Shown one piece after another: positions 10,077 to 20,134 of a stretch of 64,000 nt of DNA; within the stretch, counting starts at the first letter, position 1, and each line of letters starts with the position of its first letter. Source of the stretch: Acidobacteriota bacterium. Lineage in GTDB: Bacteria; Acidobacteriota; UBA6911; RPQK01; JAJDTT01. The notes under the pieces are model-generated. The model ran no database searches. It had not been told where the DNA came from and saw nothing but the letters and a program-made list of their open reading frames with translations. The position numbers and the translations under genes were made by a program. The stretch covers positions 5,152,001-5,216,000 of the forward strand of contig OZ253580.1 in NCBI GenBank assembly GCA_965263035.1, in the 5' to 3' direction.

Positions 10077-10515
10077 TCTGGAGTCCTTGATTGATCGAAG
10101 GCTGTCCCAACTCCCGCCGCCGCGTGCGCCGAGGACACTCGTTCCCCGGGTGATGGCTCGGGTTCGAAAGCGGCGTCGGAGACCTTGGTATGCGCAGCCT
10201 TGGATCGCTTGGCCGCGGGTTTGGCAAGTATTGTCGGTGACGCTGCTCCTGGGCCTTTGCAGTATGGCTTGGTACGTATTCGAAGGCGCACGTGGCCTTT
10301 TCGATTTCTACGGGGCCACGAGTGTAGAGACGAGCATCATCGCCGTCACCGACACGGTTGCGGCGCTGGCGGAAAGTGCGCGTATCCTGCGTCGTGTGAT
10401 TCTGGAACCGATTGCCGGACCTCTCATGTTCGTGATGGTGATCGTGTGCATGGCGAGCGCATTGCTCGGTGCGGCGCTGGCCCGTTTGCTCCAGGAAAGG
10501 GAGGCTGGACGATGA
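10063..10515 (+). CDS. Putative membrane anti-sigma factor
   Basis: Overlaps sigma gene; LSQLPPPRAPRTLVPRVMARV followed by two TM segments. Confidence 0.7.
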   Translation: MNGDDLESLIDRRLSQLPPPRAPRTLVPRVMARVRKRRRRPWYAQPWIAWPRVWQVLSVTLLLGLCSMAWYVFEGARGLFDFYGATSVETSIIAVTDTVAALAESARILRRVILEPIAGPLMFVMVIVCMASALLGAALARLLQEREAGR

Positions 10516-11993
10516 AGTTCGCTTGGGGAATCTCGGGATTGTTGGCAGTGGCGCTGGGTCTCTCCGCGGGTTGTGCCGCCGATTCAAGCGGCCCTGAGGA
10601 ACCGCCGGTTCCAGGGATTCTGGAGGTCGGCAGCGATGACGGTGAAGTGGTGAAGATCGGAGGGAGCTACGTTCTCCGAAAAGATCAAGAGGTCGAAAGG
10701 CTCGTCGTCATCTCAGGTCTGGCCCGAATCGAAGGGACGGTCAAGGACGAAATCGTGGTGATCGCCGGCGGAGCGACGCTTGCCGGAAGTGCCCGCGTCC
10801 AGGGGAATGTCGTGGTCTTGGGAGGAACGGTCGAAGTCGAGGAGGGAGCCACCGTACGAGGAGATCTGGTGGTGCTTGGCGGCGGGTTGGAGGTTCCCCC
10901 CGGCTTTGAACCGGGCGGAGAACAGGTATCGATCGGGACGATCCCTACAGGAGGGATGCTGGCCGAAGTGATTCCCTGGTTCACCCAAGGGCTGTTTCTG
11001 GGCCGGCCTATCGTGCCGAGTCTGACCTGGATCTGGGCTGTCGTGGCCGTTCTGGCACTCTTGTATCTGCTGATCAACTTTATCTTCTCCGGTCCCGTGC
11101 ACGCTTGCGCTCAAGCTCTCGCCGACAAGCCGCTGAGCGTGGGTCTGGTGGGTATGTTGGTAGTGGTGTTGATTGCTCCCCTGTCTTTGATGCTGGTGGT
11201 GTCCGTTATCGGGCTGGTGCTGATTCCGTTCTTCTGGGTCATGCTCCTGGTCGCCGGACTCGTCGGGAGTGTGGGTGTGGCCCGCTGGATCGGAACCCGT
11301 GTTCTGGCTGAGGAATCTCCGGAGAACCGCGTCGATGCAGCGCGGTCGCTGCTCATCGGACTTGCCTTGATCACTCTGGTCTTCATGATTCCTGTCCTGG
11401 GTTTCGCCGCATGGTCCGTGTTGTGCGTACTGGCATTGGGCGCGGCGGCGACCGAAGCCTTTGCAGGGTTGAGGAGAGAGAATCCGGCCGCACCGTCCCC
11501 GGCCGCGCCATCGCCGCCGCCGGTACCGGCAGGAAGCGGACCAGTGGATGACAAAGCTGTGGAATCCGCCGCACTAACGGCATCGCAAGACGAACGCGTT
11601 TCGGCGGACGATCTTTCCGCGTTTCAGAGAGCCACCTTTCTGGTTCGACTGGGGGCTTTCCTGATTGATCTCGCCATGGTGGCCTTCTTGACGTACCTCC
11701 TGGAGATAGGAGGCGGAAAAACGTTTCTGCTTTTCTTGATCTATCGCATCGCACACTGGAGTTGGCAGGGGACGACGGTCGGCGGCATCATCTGCCGTTT
11801 GCGCGTCGTTCGCACCGATGGAACCCCGATCCGCTTCACCGAGGCGGCGGTGCGGGGACTCAGCAGCATTCTTTCGACGTTGGTCGTGGGATTGGGTTGG
11901 CTTTGGATTCTCTGGGATCCGGAGCGGCAGGCATGGCACGACAAGATCGCGGGTACCCTCGTGGTCCGGGTCCCGTCCGATTGGCCCCGGTGA
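10512..11993 (+). CDS. RDD-family membrane protein with N-terminal beta-helical (bactofilin-like) region
   Basis: Lipobox LSAGC; repeated V(V/I)xGG/xGxVxG motifs; C-terminal RDD motifs RLGAFLID, QAWHDKIAGTLVV; ATGA overlap at 10512. Confidence 0.85.
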   Translation: MKFAWGISGLLAVALGLSAGCAADSSGPEEPPVPGILEVGSDDGEVVKIGGSYVLRKDQEVERLVVISGLARIEGTVKDEIVVIAGGATLAGSARVQGNVVVLGGTVEVEEGATVRGDLVVLGGGLEVPPGFEPGGEQVSIGTIPTGGMLAEVIPWFTQGLFLGRPIVPSLTWIWAVVAVLALLYLLINFIFSGPVHACAQALADKPLSVGLVGMLVVVLIAPLSLMLVVSVIGLVLIPFFWVMLLVAGLVGSVGVARWIGTRVLAEESPENRVDAARSLLIGLALITLVFMIPVLGFAAWSVLCVLALGAAATEAFAGLRRENPAAPSPAAPSPPPVPAGSGPVDDKAVESAALTASQDERVSADDLSAFQRATFLVRLGAFLIDLAMVAFLTYLLEIGGGKTFLLFLIYRIAHWSWQGTTVGGIICRLRVVRTDGTPIRFTEAAVRGLSSILSTLVVGLGWLWILWDPERQAWHDKIAGTLVVRVPSDWPR

Positions 11994-12017
11994 TAACCGA
12001 AGTGACGGGCGGAAAAG

Positions 12018-12053
12018 TGTCCGAAATCGGACAGTTCGTCCCGATTTCGGACA
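12018..12053. repeat. Tandem 16-bp palindromes TGTCCGAAATCGGACA (cluster 1)
   Basis: Units at 12018-12033 and 12038-12053; same motif at 14154-14189 and 14425-14479. Confidence 0.8.
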
Positions 12054-12157
12054 CCTGCGACCGACTCGATATAGCGTCACGGATTCCGCTGCCCATGGAC
12101 CTCTGTTACCCGGAAGGGCCACCCGGATTCGCGGATGATCTATCGTGGTCGGTTTAG

Positions 12158-12315
12158 CAGTCCGTGGTGAAAGTCCCGCGAGCACCGAGACCGTTCCTGC
12201 GCCCGCCGGACAAGGCGCGATGAGGGAGCATACCGGGAGTATGTGACCGAGTCGCAACGCAGTCCGCCGGGATGCAGGGACGGTCGAATGCCGTGACGAC
12301 TTTTGCCACGGGCTG
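12158..12315. mobile_element. 158-bp MITE, family A, copy 1
   Basis: Imperfect TIRs CAGTCCGTGGTGAAAGTC / GACTTTTGCCACGGGCTG; perfect TTAG duplication (12154-12157, 12316-12319); near-identical inverted copy at 52396-52553. Confidence 0.9.
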
Positions 12316-12335
12316 TTAGAGGTAGAAAATCTGCC

Positions 12336-12605
12336 ATGACCTCAACCATCGACAGAGCTGGCCGTATCGTGATTCCCAAGGCGATTCGAGACGCGGCGCG
12401 GCTGGAACCGGGTACCAGAGTCAGATTTCGGGTCGTTTCCGGACGGGTTCAGATTGAACCGGTGCCACTTGAAGTCACGCTTGAGCAGCGCGGTTCACTT
12501 GTCGTCGCCGTTCCGGGCCCGGACCAGCCGGCCTTGAAGGCCTCCACGGTGGAGCGCACGATGGATTTGGTTCATGATCGCGGAGCCGCGAAGGGTGCTT
12601 CCTGA
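12336..12605 (+). CDS. AbrB/MazE/SpoVT-family antitoxin
   Basis: TIDRAGRIVIPKAIRDAARLEPGT AbrB-fold signature. Confidence 0.88.
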   Translation: MTSTIDRAGRIVIPKAIRDAARLEPGTRVRFRVVSGRVQIEPVPLEVTLEQRGSLVVAVPGPDQPALKASTVERTMDLVHDRGAAKGAS

Positions 12606-12655
12606 TTGAGTCGGTGTCTCTGCGACACCAGATGTCTCGTCCCAGCGGCGTACCG
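12606..12655 (+). pseudogene. Remnant of a VapC/PIN toxin N-terminus
   Basis: Directly after the antitoxin stop: (M)SRCLCDTRCLVPAA resembles the PIN first strand xxxDTSxLVAA, then runs into the 3' end of creD. Confidence 0.45.
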
Positions 12656-12673
12656 ACCGCGTCATTTCCGCCA

Positions 12674-14038
12674 CTACGAAGACCCGGTTGATTCCGGAGG
12701 TTGGGAACCAGCCGTGTACCAGTCCACACGCCGCGTGGCGTACATGATTGCCGCGAGGATGGCGAGAAGGCCCAGCGATCCGATGAGAAGGGCATAGTCC
12801 TCGTTCATGAGGAGGATGTAGAGGTAGGCGTAGAGCAGGGCGACGCCGGCGGCGACAAGAAAAGCAAGCCGCATACGGTGCAGTATCGTAGCGGAGTACG
12901 CCCCCACCAGTGCGATGATCGAAACGCTCGCCAAAGCATAGGCGAGCGGGAAACCGATGTGCTCCGACAGTGAGAGTTCCAGCAGGTAGAAAAGACAGAG
13001 CGCGCCTCCGAGCATGAGGAATTGGATCGGATGGACGCGGACGCCGGCCAGGACTTCAATCAGCCAGACGATGGCGAAGGGGAGAAGGATGAAGAGGAAT
13101 GCGTACTTTGCGCTGCGCTCCGCCATCCGATAGTGGTCCACTGGATGGATCAGCTCGACGCCGAAGCGTGAGCCGTCGACGGCTTCGCTCATCTTGGCCT
13201 CGGCTATCCACGCCTGCGGGTAGTTTCGGCCGAGAAACGGGATGGACCACTTGGCTTGGAAGTCCGTAGCCGACACGGTGCGCTCGTTCGGGAGCCAGTT
13301 GCCTTGGAAGCTTGGATGCCCGTAGTCCGACTGGAGCTCGACGATCGTCTGCTGACCGAAGGGGGTGAGGTAGAGTCCGAGGCTGCCGTTCAGAGAGAGC
13401 GGGAAGGAGAATTTGAACCGCTCCGTTGCGTCCGCCACGCCAACCGCTGCGCGGATGCCCGCAACTCCGTCCAGGAAGGCTCCAGTCCCCGGAAGGAACG
13501 GTACCCGCTGGCCGTGCCACGACACGGCCGTCTCTTTCTGAATGGCGCGCGCGTCCGATATTCCGACTGCAAGATAGGCTCGCTCCCAGTCGACCGCCGC
13601 GGGTTCGACACTCAGCTCGGAAAAGCTGGGACGTGCAAACTCTCCTTCGACCGTGAGGCCGAGCCTGTAGACCGGAACCGAGAAAATCCCCCGATAGCGG
13701 GTCTCGCTGTCGATGGAGCCGCGAGTGTGGAGCCGCTCCGGCAGGAAGATGGCGTTCCGGACTTCGGTGCGAGTGATCTCTTGGCCGCCTGTTGGGAACT
13801 CGGTCCAACGCCAGGTGTAGGGAACGACCAGCGCCGGGCCGGTGATGACCTGGGCGTTTCCCCACTTTGACGAAACCTCCGCCACCGCCTCTTGACGACG
13901 CTCTTGGCGCTCGGAAACCAGTTCCGCAATCAGCGCGATCGGGATCTGGAGCAGTAGCGCCAGGAACCCGACCAACAAGAGGCGCAGCATCTGCGAACTG
14001 CGAAGCGAGGATGTCAACCGCTCGATCGAATCTTGCAT
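12674..14038 (-). CDS. creD: Inner membrane protein CreD
   Basis: LVSERQERR, WGNAQVITGP, PSFQGNWLP, YRMAERSAKY, HPIQFLMLG, LSLSEHIGF, EDYALLIGS, TRRVDWY. Confidence 0.95.
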   Translation of the reverse strand: MQDSIERLTSSLRSSQMLRLLLVGFLALLLQIPIALIAELVSERQERRQEAVAEVSSKWGNAQVITGPALVVPYTWRWTEFPTGGQEITRTEVRNAIFLPERLHTRGSIDSETRYRGIFSVPVYRLGLTVEGEFARPSFSELSVEPAAVDWERAYLAVGISDARAIQKETAVSWHGQRVPFLPGTGAFLDGVAGIRAAVGVADATERFKFSFPLSLNGSLGLYLTPFGQQTIVELQSDYGHPSFQGNWLPNERTVSATDFQAKWSIPFLGRNYPQAWIAEAKMSEAVDGSRFGVELIHPVDHYRMAERSAKYAFLFILLPFAIVWLIEVLAGVRVHPIQFLMLGGALCLFYLLELSLSEHIGFPLAYALASVSIIALVGAYSATILHRMRLAFLVAAGVALLYAYLYILLMNEDYALLIGSLGLLAILAAIMYATRRVDWYTAGSQPPESTGSS

Positions 14039-14153
14039 TGAGTGCGCTCCGTAATCTTAGGGAGAATTCCGAAAAATAGCAGGAATACGGGCTCCTTGTA
14101 ACCGTTCCGTTTTTCGCGGGAGGCGGAAAGACCTCCGGTCTTGCTCGCTGAAC

Positions 14154-14189
14154 TGTCCGATTTCGGACAGTTTGTCCCGAAATCGGACA
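14154..14189. repeat. Tandem 16-bp palindromes (cluster 2), ~115 nt upstream of creD
   Basis: TGTCCGATTTCGGACA gttt GTCCCGAAATCGGACA. Confidence 0.8.
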
Positions 14190-14290
14190 GTTGCAACGGA
14201 TTTTCCATGGGGTCACGTGCTTGCGCGAACGTGGTCTTGGGTTCTCTGAACGAGTTGCCTGGACTCACGGATGATCGGTGATGGTATGTT

Positions 14291-14359
14291 CAGGGGCAAC
14301 ACAACGGAAGACGGTACCCACAAGGGGCGGAAGAGGGCACCCACAAGGGGAGCCCCTAC
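14291..14359. repeat. GTAG-family REP remnant
   Basis: GGGCACCCACAAGGGGAGCCCCTAC at 14335-14359 plus a second ACCCACAAGGGG copy upstream. Confidence 0.65.
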
Positions 14360-14424
14360 GGCGGCGACCCGGTGAGAATTTCGCGTCAGGTGCCCTTGCC
14401 GGGTCTGAGTAAAGCCGGACGGAC

Positions 14425-14479
14425 TGTCCGAAAACGGACAAACTGTTCGAAATTGGGACGAACTGTCCGAAATCGGACA
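14425..14479. repeat. Three tandem 16-bp palindromes (cluster 3)
   Basis: TGTCCGAAAACGGACA, TGTTCGAAATTGGGAC, TGTCCGAAATCGGACA at 19-20 bp period. Confidence 0.8.
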
Positions 14480-14495
14480 CTGGAGGCGAGTTTCC

Positions 14496-16118
14496 ATGAG
14501 GCCATTCACGAATCGACTGGTTCTGGCAGCGGCGGTGCTTTTGTTTGGCATTGGCGGGTACGCGGGTGCGGCCGGCGCGGAGAGTGCCCTAAAGCCCTCT
14601 CCGGACGCCGCCCTCTACGCCTACGGCTACCATCAGCGCCCCTACCCGCTGGAACCGGGCCCTCATCTCTTCGTGGATTGGCGCTACGTGAATCCAGGGC
14701 ACGTGAGCTATACCTACCGGGGAAAGCGGATCCAGCGGGATCGGCCCGAGGAATACGGCCCGGAGATCAACTCCCAGGTCGAGGTCCATCCCCGGGACGT
14801 CCCCACCGGGATCCGGATCGAGGTGCAGCCGGCGGGCAAGCTGGGACCGGTGATCCGGAACGACCAGCCCTGGGAATTCTTCACCCCCTACGTCACCCTG
14901 ATTCACCACGAAGGGAAGTACCTTCTCTTCTACAACACCACGACCTACCGGCTCGGGCGGAGCTCGGAAGGCTACATGGTCTGCTACGCCGAGTCCGAAG
15001 ACGGCTTGAACTACCGCAAACCGCCGCTGGGACAGGTGGAGTTCCAGGGCAGCCGCGAGAACAACCTCGTGCTGGGCCCGGGGGTCTGCAGATACGGGAT
15101 TCACGGTCCGGCCATCTTCGTGGACCCAACCGCCGAGCCGGCCGAGCGCTTCAAGGCCATCTACCAGGCCGCCGTCGACCAGGCGACGGTCGAGCAGCTG
15201 CAGGCCGTCCGTCCCGAGTCGGTGACTCCGGCATCGCATGACGGAACGGCTCTCATGGGGGCGGTCTCTCCCGACGGCATCCGGTGGCGGGAGCTGGAGG
15301 AGCCGCTCATGGGGCACGTCAGCGATACGGGCACCACGGCCTATTGGGACCAGCGCCTGGGCCGCTACGTGGGGTACTTCCGGATGGGGGTCTGGGGACG
15401 GCGCATGATCGGCCGGGCAGAAACCACAGACTTCCGGCGCTGGCCCCGCCCCGAGATGGTTCTGGCCCCCGACTCTGCCGAGGCGCCCTGGGTCGACTAC
15501 TACACCAACGGGAAGGAACTCTACCCGGGCACCAGCACCATGCATCTCATGTTTCCCATGATCTATCACCGGAATCTGGACACCAGCACGGTCCGTGTGG
15601 CCGCCAGTCTGGCGGGACGGATCTGGAATTTCCTGCCGGGGGGACCGGTGCTGGAGCCCGGCCCGGAGGGATCGTTCGACGCCGGTTGCCTCTTTCCCGG
15701 CGCCGGATTGGCCGAGATCTCGGGAGACCGGGTGATCCTGCCCTACAGCGGTTTCGCCGTTCCCCACAAGTTTCCGCGCCTGGGTCCCTTGGGAGAGGTC
15801 GCCTTCGCCGTCTGGCCCAAGCAGCGGCTGAGCGCCCTGGTGGCGGACGAGGAGGGGACCTTCGTCACCAATCCCCTCTCCAGCCAGGGCACGACCCTCT
15901 GGCTGAACTTCGACGCGGGCCGGAACGGATCGGTCCGCGTGGAGGTGGTGGGAGTGGAGGAACGGAGCCTGGCCGAGTGCGATACCCTGTTTGGTGACCG
16001 GCTGTCGAAGCAGGTGACCTGGAAGGGTCGGCCGGATCTGGGGATCGATCCGGGTGAGTCTTTTCGCCTGAGGTTCCGGTTGCGCGGCGCCAAGCTCTTC
16101 GCCTTCGAGATGCGTTGA
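14496..16118 (+). CDS. Secreted glycoside hydrolase-like five-bladed beta-propeller protein
   Basis: Signal peptide; CYAESEDGLNYRKPPLG, SPDGIRW, YWDQRLGRYVGYFR; C-terminal LRFRLRGAKLFAF beta-sandwich; GGAGG RBS. Confidence 0.8.
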   Translation: MRPFTNRLVLAAAVLLFGIGGYAGAAGAESALKPSPDAALYAYGYHQRPYPLEPGPHLFVDWRYVNPGHVSYTYRGKRIQRDRPEEYGPEINSQVEVHPRDVPTGIRIEVQPAGKLGPVIRNDQPWEFFTPYVTLIHHEGKYLLFYNTTTYRLGRSSEGYMVCYAESEDGLNYRKPPLGQVEFQGSRENNLVLGPGVCRYGIHGPAIFVDPTAEPAERFKAIYQAAVDQATVEQLQAVRPESVTPASHDGTALMGAVSPDGIRWRELEEPLMGHVSDTGTTAYWDQRLGRYVGYFRMGVWGRRMIGRAETTDFRRWPRPEMVLAPDSAEAPWVDYYTNGKELYPGTSTMHLMFPMIYHRNLDTSTVRVAASLAGRIWNFLPGGPVLEPGPEGSFDAGCLFPGAGLAEISGDRVILPYSGFAVPHKFPRLGPLGEVAFAVWPKQRLSALVADEEGTFVTNPLSSQGTTLWLNFDAGRNGSVRVEVVGVEERSLAECDTLFGDRLSKQVTWKGRPDLGIDPGESFRLRFRLRGAKLFAFEMR

Positions 16119-16156
16119 GCCCGGCGGTTGTTCGTAAGTTCTGGAGGTTGAATTCC

Positions 16157-18919
16157 ATGAAGAAGCTTGCCGTGTTGATCTCTCTGGTTCTGGTCTGGTC
16201 CGGCGTCGCTTTCCCCGCGAAGAGCGCCGACAGTTCCATGGCGTCCCAGATCGAAATTCCATTCGAGAAGTTCGTCCTGCCCAACGGTCTCACGCTGATC
16301 GTCCACGAGGACCACAAGGCGCCCATCGTGGGCGTCAACGTCTGGTACCACGTGGGGTCCAAAAACGAGAAACCGGGGCGTACGGGGTTTGCCCACCTTT
16401 TCGAGCACCTGATGTTCAACGGGACGGAACACTGGCCCGGCGAGTTCTTCGAACCCCTGGAGGAGGTCGGCGCCACCGGCATGAACGGCACCACCAACGC
16501 TGATCGCACCAACTACTTCGAGAACGTCCCCACGAACGCGCTGGATCTGGCCCTGTGGCTGGAGTCGGACCGCATGGGCCACATGCAGGGGGCCATTACC
16601 AAGGAGAAGCTGGACGAGCAGCGCGGCGTGGTCCAGAACGAGAAGCGCCAGGGGGAGAATCAACCGTACGGCCGGACCTGGACTCTTCTGACCGAGAACA
16701 CCTATCCGGCCGGCCATCCCTACTCCTGGTCCACCATCGGCTCCATGGAGGATCTGGATGCTGCCGAGTTGGACGACGTCAAGGAGTGGTTCAAGACCTA
16801 TTACGGCGCCGCCAACGCGGTGCTGTCCATCGCCGGCGACGTCGACGCCCAAGAGGTGAAGAAGAGGGTCGAGCATTTCTTCGGGGACATCCCTTCCGGG
16901 CCGCCGGTGGACAAACAGGAAGCCTGGATCGCCAAGATGACGGGGACTCACCGGCAGCAGATGCAGGACCGTGTCCCCCAGGCCCGGATCTACCGGGTCT
17001 GGAACGTTCCCCAGTGGGGTACCCGGGAAGCGGCGCTTTTGGGCCTGGCGGGCCGGATCCTGGGGCGGGGCAAGACCTCGCGGCTCTACAAGCGGCTGGT
17101 CTACAAGGACCAGATCGCCACGGACGCGTCGGCTTACGTCTCCTCACGCGAACTCGGCGGCCAATTCCAGATGATCTCCACGGCTCACCCGTCCAAGACG
17201 CTGGGTGAGGTGGAGCGGGCCCTGGCCGAAGAGGTGGAGAAATTTATCCAGGAGGGTCCGACCCAGTCGGAGCTCGATCTGGCCAGAACCCAGATATTCG
17301 CCGGTTTCGTGCGGGGCTTGGAGCGGGTCGGCGGGTTTGGAGGCAAGTCCGACATCCTGGCGTCCAACGAGGTCTACGGCGGTTCTCCCGATACCTACAA
17401 GAGATATTTCCGGTATCTGGAGGAGGCGAGCCCGGAGGATCTCCGCGACGCGGCTCGCGACTGGTTGTCCGACGGGGATTTCATCCTGGAGGTCCACCCG
17501 TTTCCCAAGTACTCGACGGCCGATTCGGGAGCGGATCGGGACCGGTTGCCGGACGTGGGCGAGTCGCCGCCCGCCGAGTTTCCCCGCCTTCAGAAGGCGA
17601 AGCTGTCCAGCGGTCTGAAGGTGATCCTGGCCGAGCGCCACGCGGTGCCCATCATCAACTTCCGGTTGCTCATGGATGCCGGATATGCCGCCGATCTGGG
17701 CGGACTGGCGGGGACGGCCAACCTGACGGCGGACATGATGGACGAGGGGACCTCGACCCGCAGCGCGCTTGAGATCAGCGAGGAAGCGGCCCGTCTCGGG
17801 GCCGGCATCGGCAGTAGAGCTTCTCTGGACGACTCGACTGTCTCTCTTTCGGCGCTCAAGTCGAACCTCGTCGAGTCGCTGGATCTCTACGCCGACGTGG
17901 TCTTGAATCCCTCTTTCCCGGAGAAGGAGCTGGAGCGGCTCCGGCGCCAGCTTCTGGCCCAGATCCAGAGGGAGAAGGTCAGCCCGGTCAGCATGGCGCT
18001 GCGGGTGATGCCCAAGCTCATCTACGGGGCCGGCCATGCCTACGGGAATCCGCTGACCGGGTCCGGAACCGAAGAGACGGCCAAAGCCATCTCCCGGGAC
18101 CAGCTCAAGGATTTCCACGCCACCTGGTATCGGCCCAACAACGCCACGCTGATCGTAGTGGGGGACACGACCTTGGCTGAGATCGAACCTCAGTTGGAGC
18201 GGGTCTTCAAGCCCTGGCAGAGCGGACCGGTCCCAGAGAAACAGGTCGGGCGAGTAGACCACCACTCCCGTTCCCAGGTCTACCTCATGGATCGGCCAGG
18301 GTCTCAACAATCGCTGATCTTTGCCGGGCACGTCGCGCCGCCCACCAACAATCCGGACGAGATCGCCCTGATCACCATGAACCGGATCATCGGCGGCAGC
18401 TTCACCTCCCGGATCAACATGAACCTGCGGGAAGAAAAACACTGGTCCTACGGGGCCCGGACCCTCCTGCTGGGAGCCAAGGGGCAGAGGCCCTTCATCG
18501 TCTATGCTCCCGTTCAGACGGACAAGACCAAGGAATCGGCCGCCGAGATTGACCGCGAGCTGAGGGAGTACCGGGGGGATCGGCCGGCGACGGCGGAGGA
18601 GTTGGACCGGGCCCAGAAGGCCCAGACGCTCAGCCTGCCTGGACGGTGGGAGACCTCGGGTGCAGTGGGAGGAACCATCGCCGAGATCGTCCGCTTCGGG
18701 CTGCCCGACGACTACTACCGGACCTTTCCCGGTAAGGTGCGAGCGCTGGACATCCCGGCCATCCAGGCGTCCGCCAACGACGTGATTCGCCCCGACCAGT
18801 TGGTGTGGGTCATCGTCGGCGATCTCTCGAAGATCGAGGAGGGGGTCCGCGAGCTCAATCTTGGGGAGCTGAAACGGCTCGATCAGGACGGAAACGTGAT
18901 CAACCCTGCCGCGCAGTAA
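16157..18919 (+). CDS. M16 (pitrilysin/insulinase) family zinc protease
   Basis: GFAHLFEHLMF (HxxEH); SRINMNLREEKHWSYG; signal peptide. Confidence 0.95.
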   Translation: MKKLAVLISLVLVWSGVAFPAKSADSSMASQIEIPFEKFVLPNGLTLIVHEDHKAPIVGVNVWYHVGSKNEKPGRTGFAHLFEHLMFNGTEHWPGEFFEPLEEVGATGMNGTTNADRTNYFENVPTNALDLALWLESDRMGHMQGAITKEKLDEQRGVVQNEKRQGENQPYGRTWTLLTENTYPAGHPYSWSTIGSMEDLDAAELDDVKEWFKTYYGAANAVLSIAGDVDAQEVKKRVEHFFGDIPSGPPVDKQEAWIAKMTGTHRQQMQDRVPQARIYRVWNVPQWGTREAALLGLAGRILGRGKTSRLYKRLVYKDQIATDASAYVSSRELGGQFQMISTAHPSKTLGEVERALAEEVEKFIQEGPTQSELDLARTQIFAGFVRGLERVGGFGGKSDILASNEVYGGSPDTYKRYFRYLEEASPEDLRDAARDWLSDGDFILEVHPFPKYSTADSGADRDRLPDVGESPPAEFPRLQKAKLSSGLKVILAERHAVPIINFRLLMDAGYAADLGGLAGTANLTADMMDEGTSTRSALEISEEAARLGAGIGSRASLDDSTVSLSALKSNLVESLDLYADVVLNPSFPEKELERLRRQLLAQIQREKVSPVSMALRVMPKLIYGAGHAYGNPLTGSGTEETAKAISRDQLKDFHATWYRPNNATLIVVGDTTLAEIEPQLERVFKPWQSGPVPEKQVGRVDHHSRSQVYLMDRPGSQQSLIFAGHVAPPTNNPDEIALITMNRIIGGSFTSRINMNLREEKHWSYGARTLLLGAKGQRPFIVYAPVQTDKTKESAAEIDRELREYRGDRPATAEELDRAQKAQTLSLPGRWETSGAVGGTIAEIVRFGLPDDYYRTFPGKVRALDIPAIQASANDVIRPDQLVWVIVGDLSKIEEGVRELNLGELKRLDQDGNVINPAAQ

Positions 18920-18958
18920 GACTGGCGGGCAGGATCAGGGCCGGTTCCGGGAGGATAC

Positions 18959-19660
18959 ATGAAGATCGGAATTTTGCCGGCGATACTCCTCATTTGCACC
19001 GGATGCGGGGAGCTCGATGAGATGCAGAGGACCAGTGCGCGGATCAATACGTTCGACGCCGGCCGGGAGAGTTGGCAGATCTACGACTACACCGGCGGAA
19101 GCGGAAACCAGAACGTCTTCTACCTGACCAGTTGGGAGAAGACGGGCGGAGTGGGAGATTCCGGGTACGTCTGGGCCGACGACTCCCGGTGGCGGATCGA
19201 CACTCCTGAGGACCCGCACTCGATCCTTCCTCTGATCCTCTATCACCGGTGGATTGCCGAGGATCTTGAGGAAGGGGCAAGTGCAACTCCCCGGCCCACG
19301 GGATTTCGGGAGGAGGAAGCCCTCGATCTTCGGGGCGCCCGGGTGTCGGTTCACCTTCGCGGAGACGATCTGGATCTGAAGGGCACCCAGTGCTACTTCT
19401 GGGTCCACTCCGGTGGCACCCGTTGGCACTACACTGGCCGCCCGCTAAAGATCCACCACGGGGAATGGGGTCCGCCCGAGCATTTCGTCCTGGTGAACGA
19501 CGAATCCCTGTGGCACCGGAGTTGGGCCCCCTCCAGAGCCTCCCTGGATGCGCTGCTCAAGAAAAGCGCCAGCTACGGCTTCTCCTTCGTAGGGTTCTCG
19601 GAGGAGGTGACCGGGAAGCTCTCCATGGACCAGTTCGAGCTCCATCTGGCGAGTCCGTAG
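18959..19660 (+). CDS. Hypothetical lipoprotein
   Basis: GGAGG RBS; lipobox-like LICTGC; coding-like composition. Confidence 0.7.
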   Translation: MKIGILPAILLICTGCGELDEMQRTSARINTFDAGRESWQIYDYTGGSGNQNVFYLTSWEKTGGVGDSGYVWADDSRWRIDTPEDPHSILPLILYHRWIAEDLEEGASATPRPTGFREEEALDLRGARVSVHLRGDDLDLKGTQCYFWVHSGGTRWHYTGRPLKIHHGEWGPPEHFVLVNDESLWHRSWAPSRASLDALLKKSASYGFSFVGFSEEVTGKLSMDQFELHLASP

Positions 19661-20134
19661 CCGAGACCTTCGCTTTCCAAGAGGATTCAGATCCTAACGG
19701 TCCTCGCATGCAATGACGGCCCGAATCATAAATCCTGATGCGAGCGGCCCTGGAATTGAATCGGGCGGTCGAGGTGACCACGAAGGCGGCTATGGGACTT
19801 GTTCGTCGGTAATCAGATCGGTCGGGACCGGGTCGATGCTTCGGCTGGCCAATCCGGGCGTGACCTGGCGCGCGTCACTGTGCCCGGGATGGCCGTTTCA
19901 GAGTCCGTTTGTACCGATGGATTACTGGGGGCAGGAGCCAAGTTCCGGAATCTAAGAATAGGACCCGATAATATACTTTATCGTGCCCTTAGATGGCCCC
20001 TTCCCTGTTGCGGGGACGAAATCCGGAAGAGAGTTCCCAGGCACGCGATGTCCAAGAGTCGTCCTGGCGTGTCGTGATTTCAAATGGAGCGCCCGGCCAG
20101 ATCGAAGGGCCCGGAGAGGGGATGTCTCGCCGAC

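Noticed and set aside
14210-14226. GG-N10-GC (GGTCACGTGCTTGC) as a sigma54 promoter
   Set aside because: Poor match to TGGCAC at -24 and only ~20 bp from the palindromes; not supportable.
12018-14479. Palindromic repeats considered as a CRISPR array
   Set aside because: Units are 16 bp with 3-4 bp gaps, with no unique spacers and no cas genes.
19700-20130. Several short ORFs between the lipoprotein and the secreted protein genes
   Set aside because: No recognisable motif, RBS or coding-like composition in any frame.
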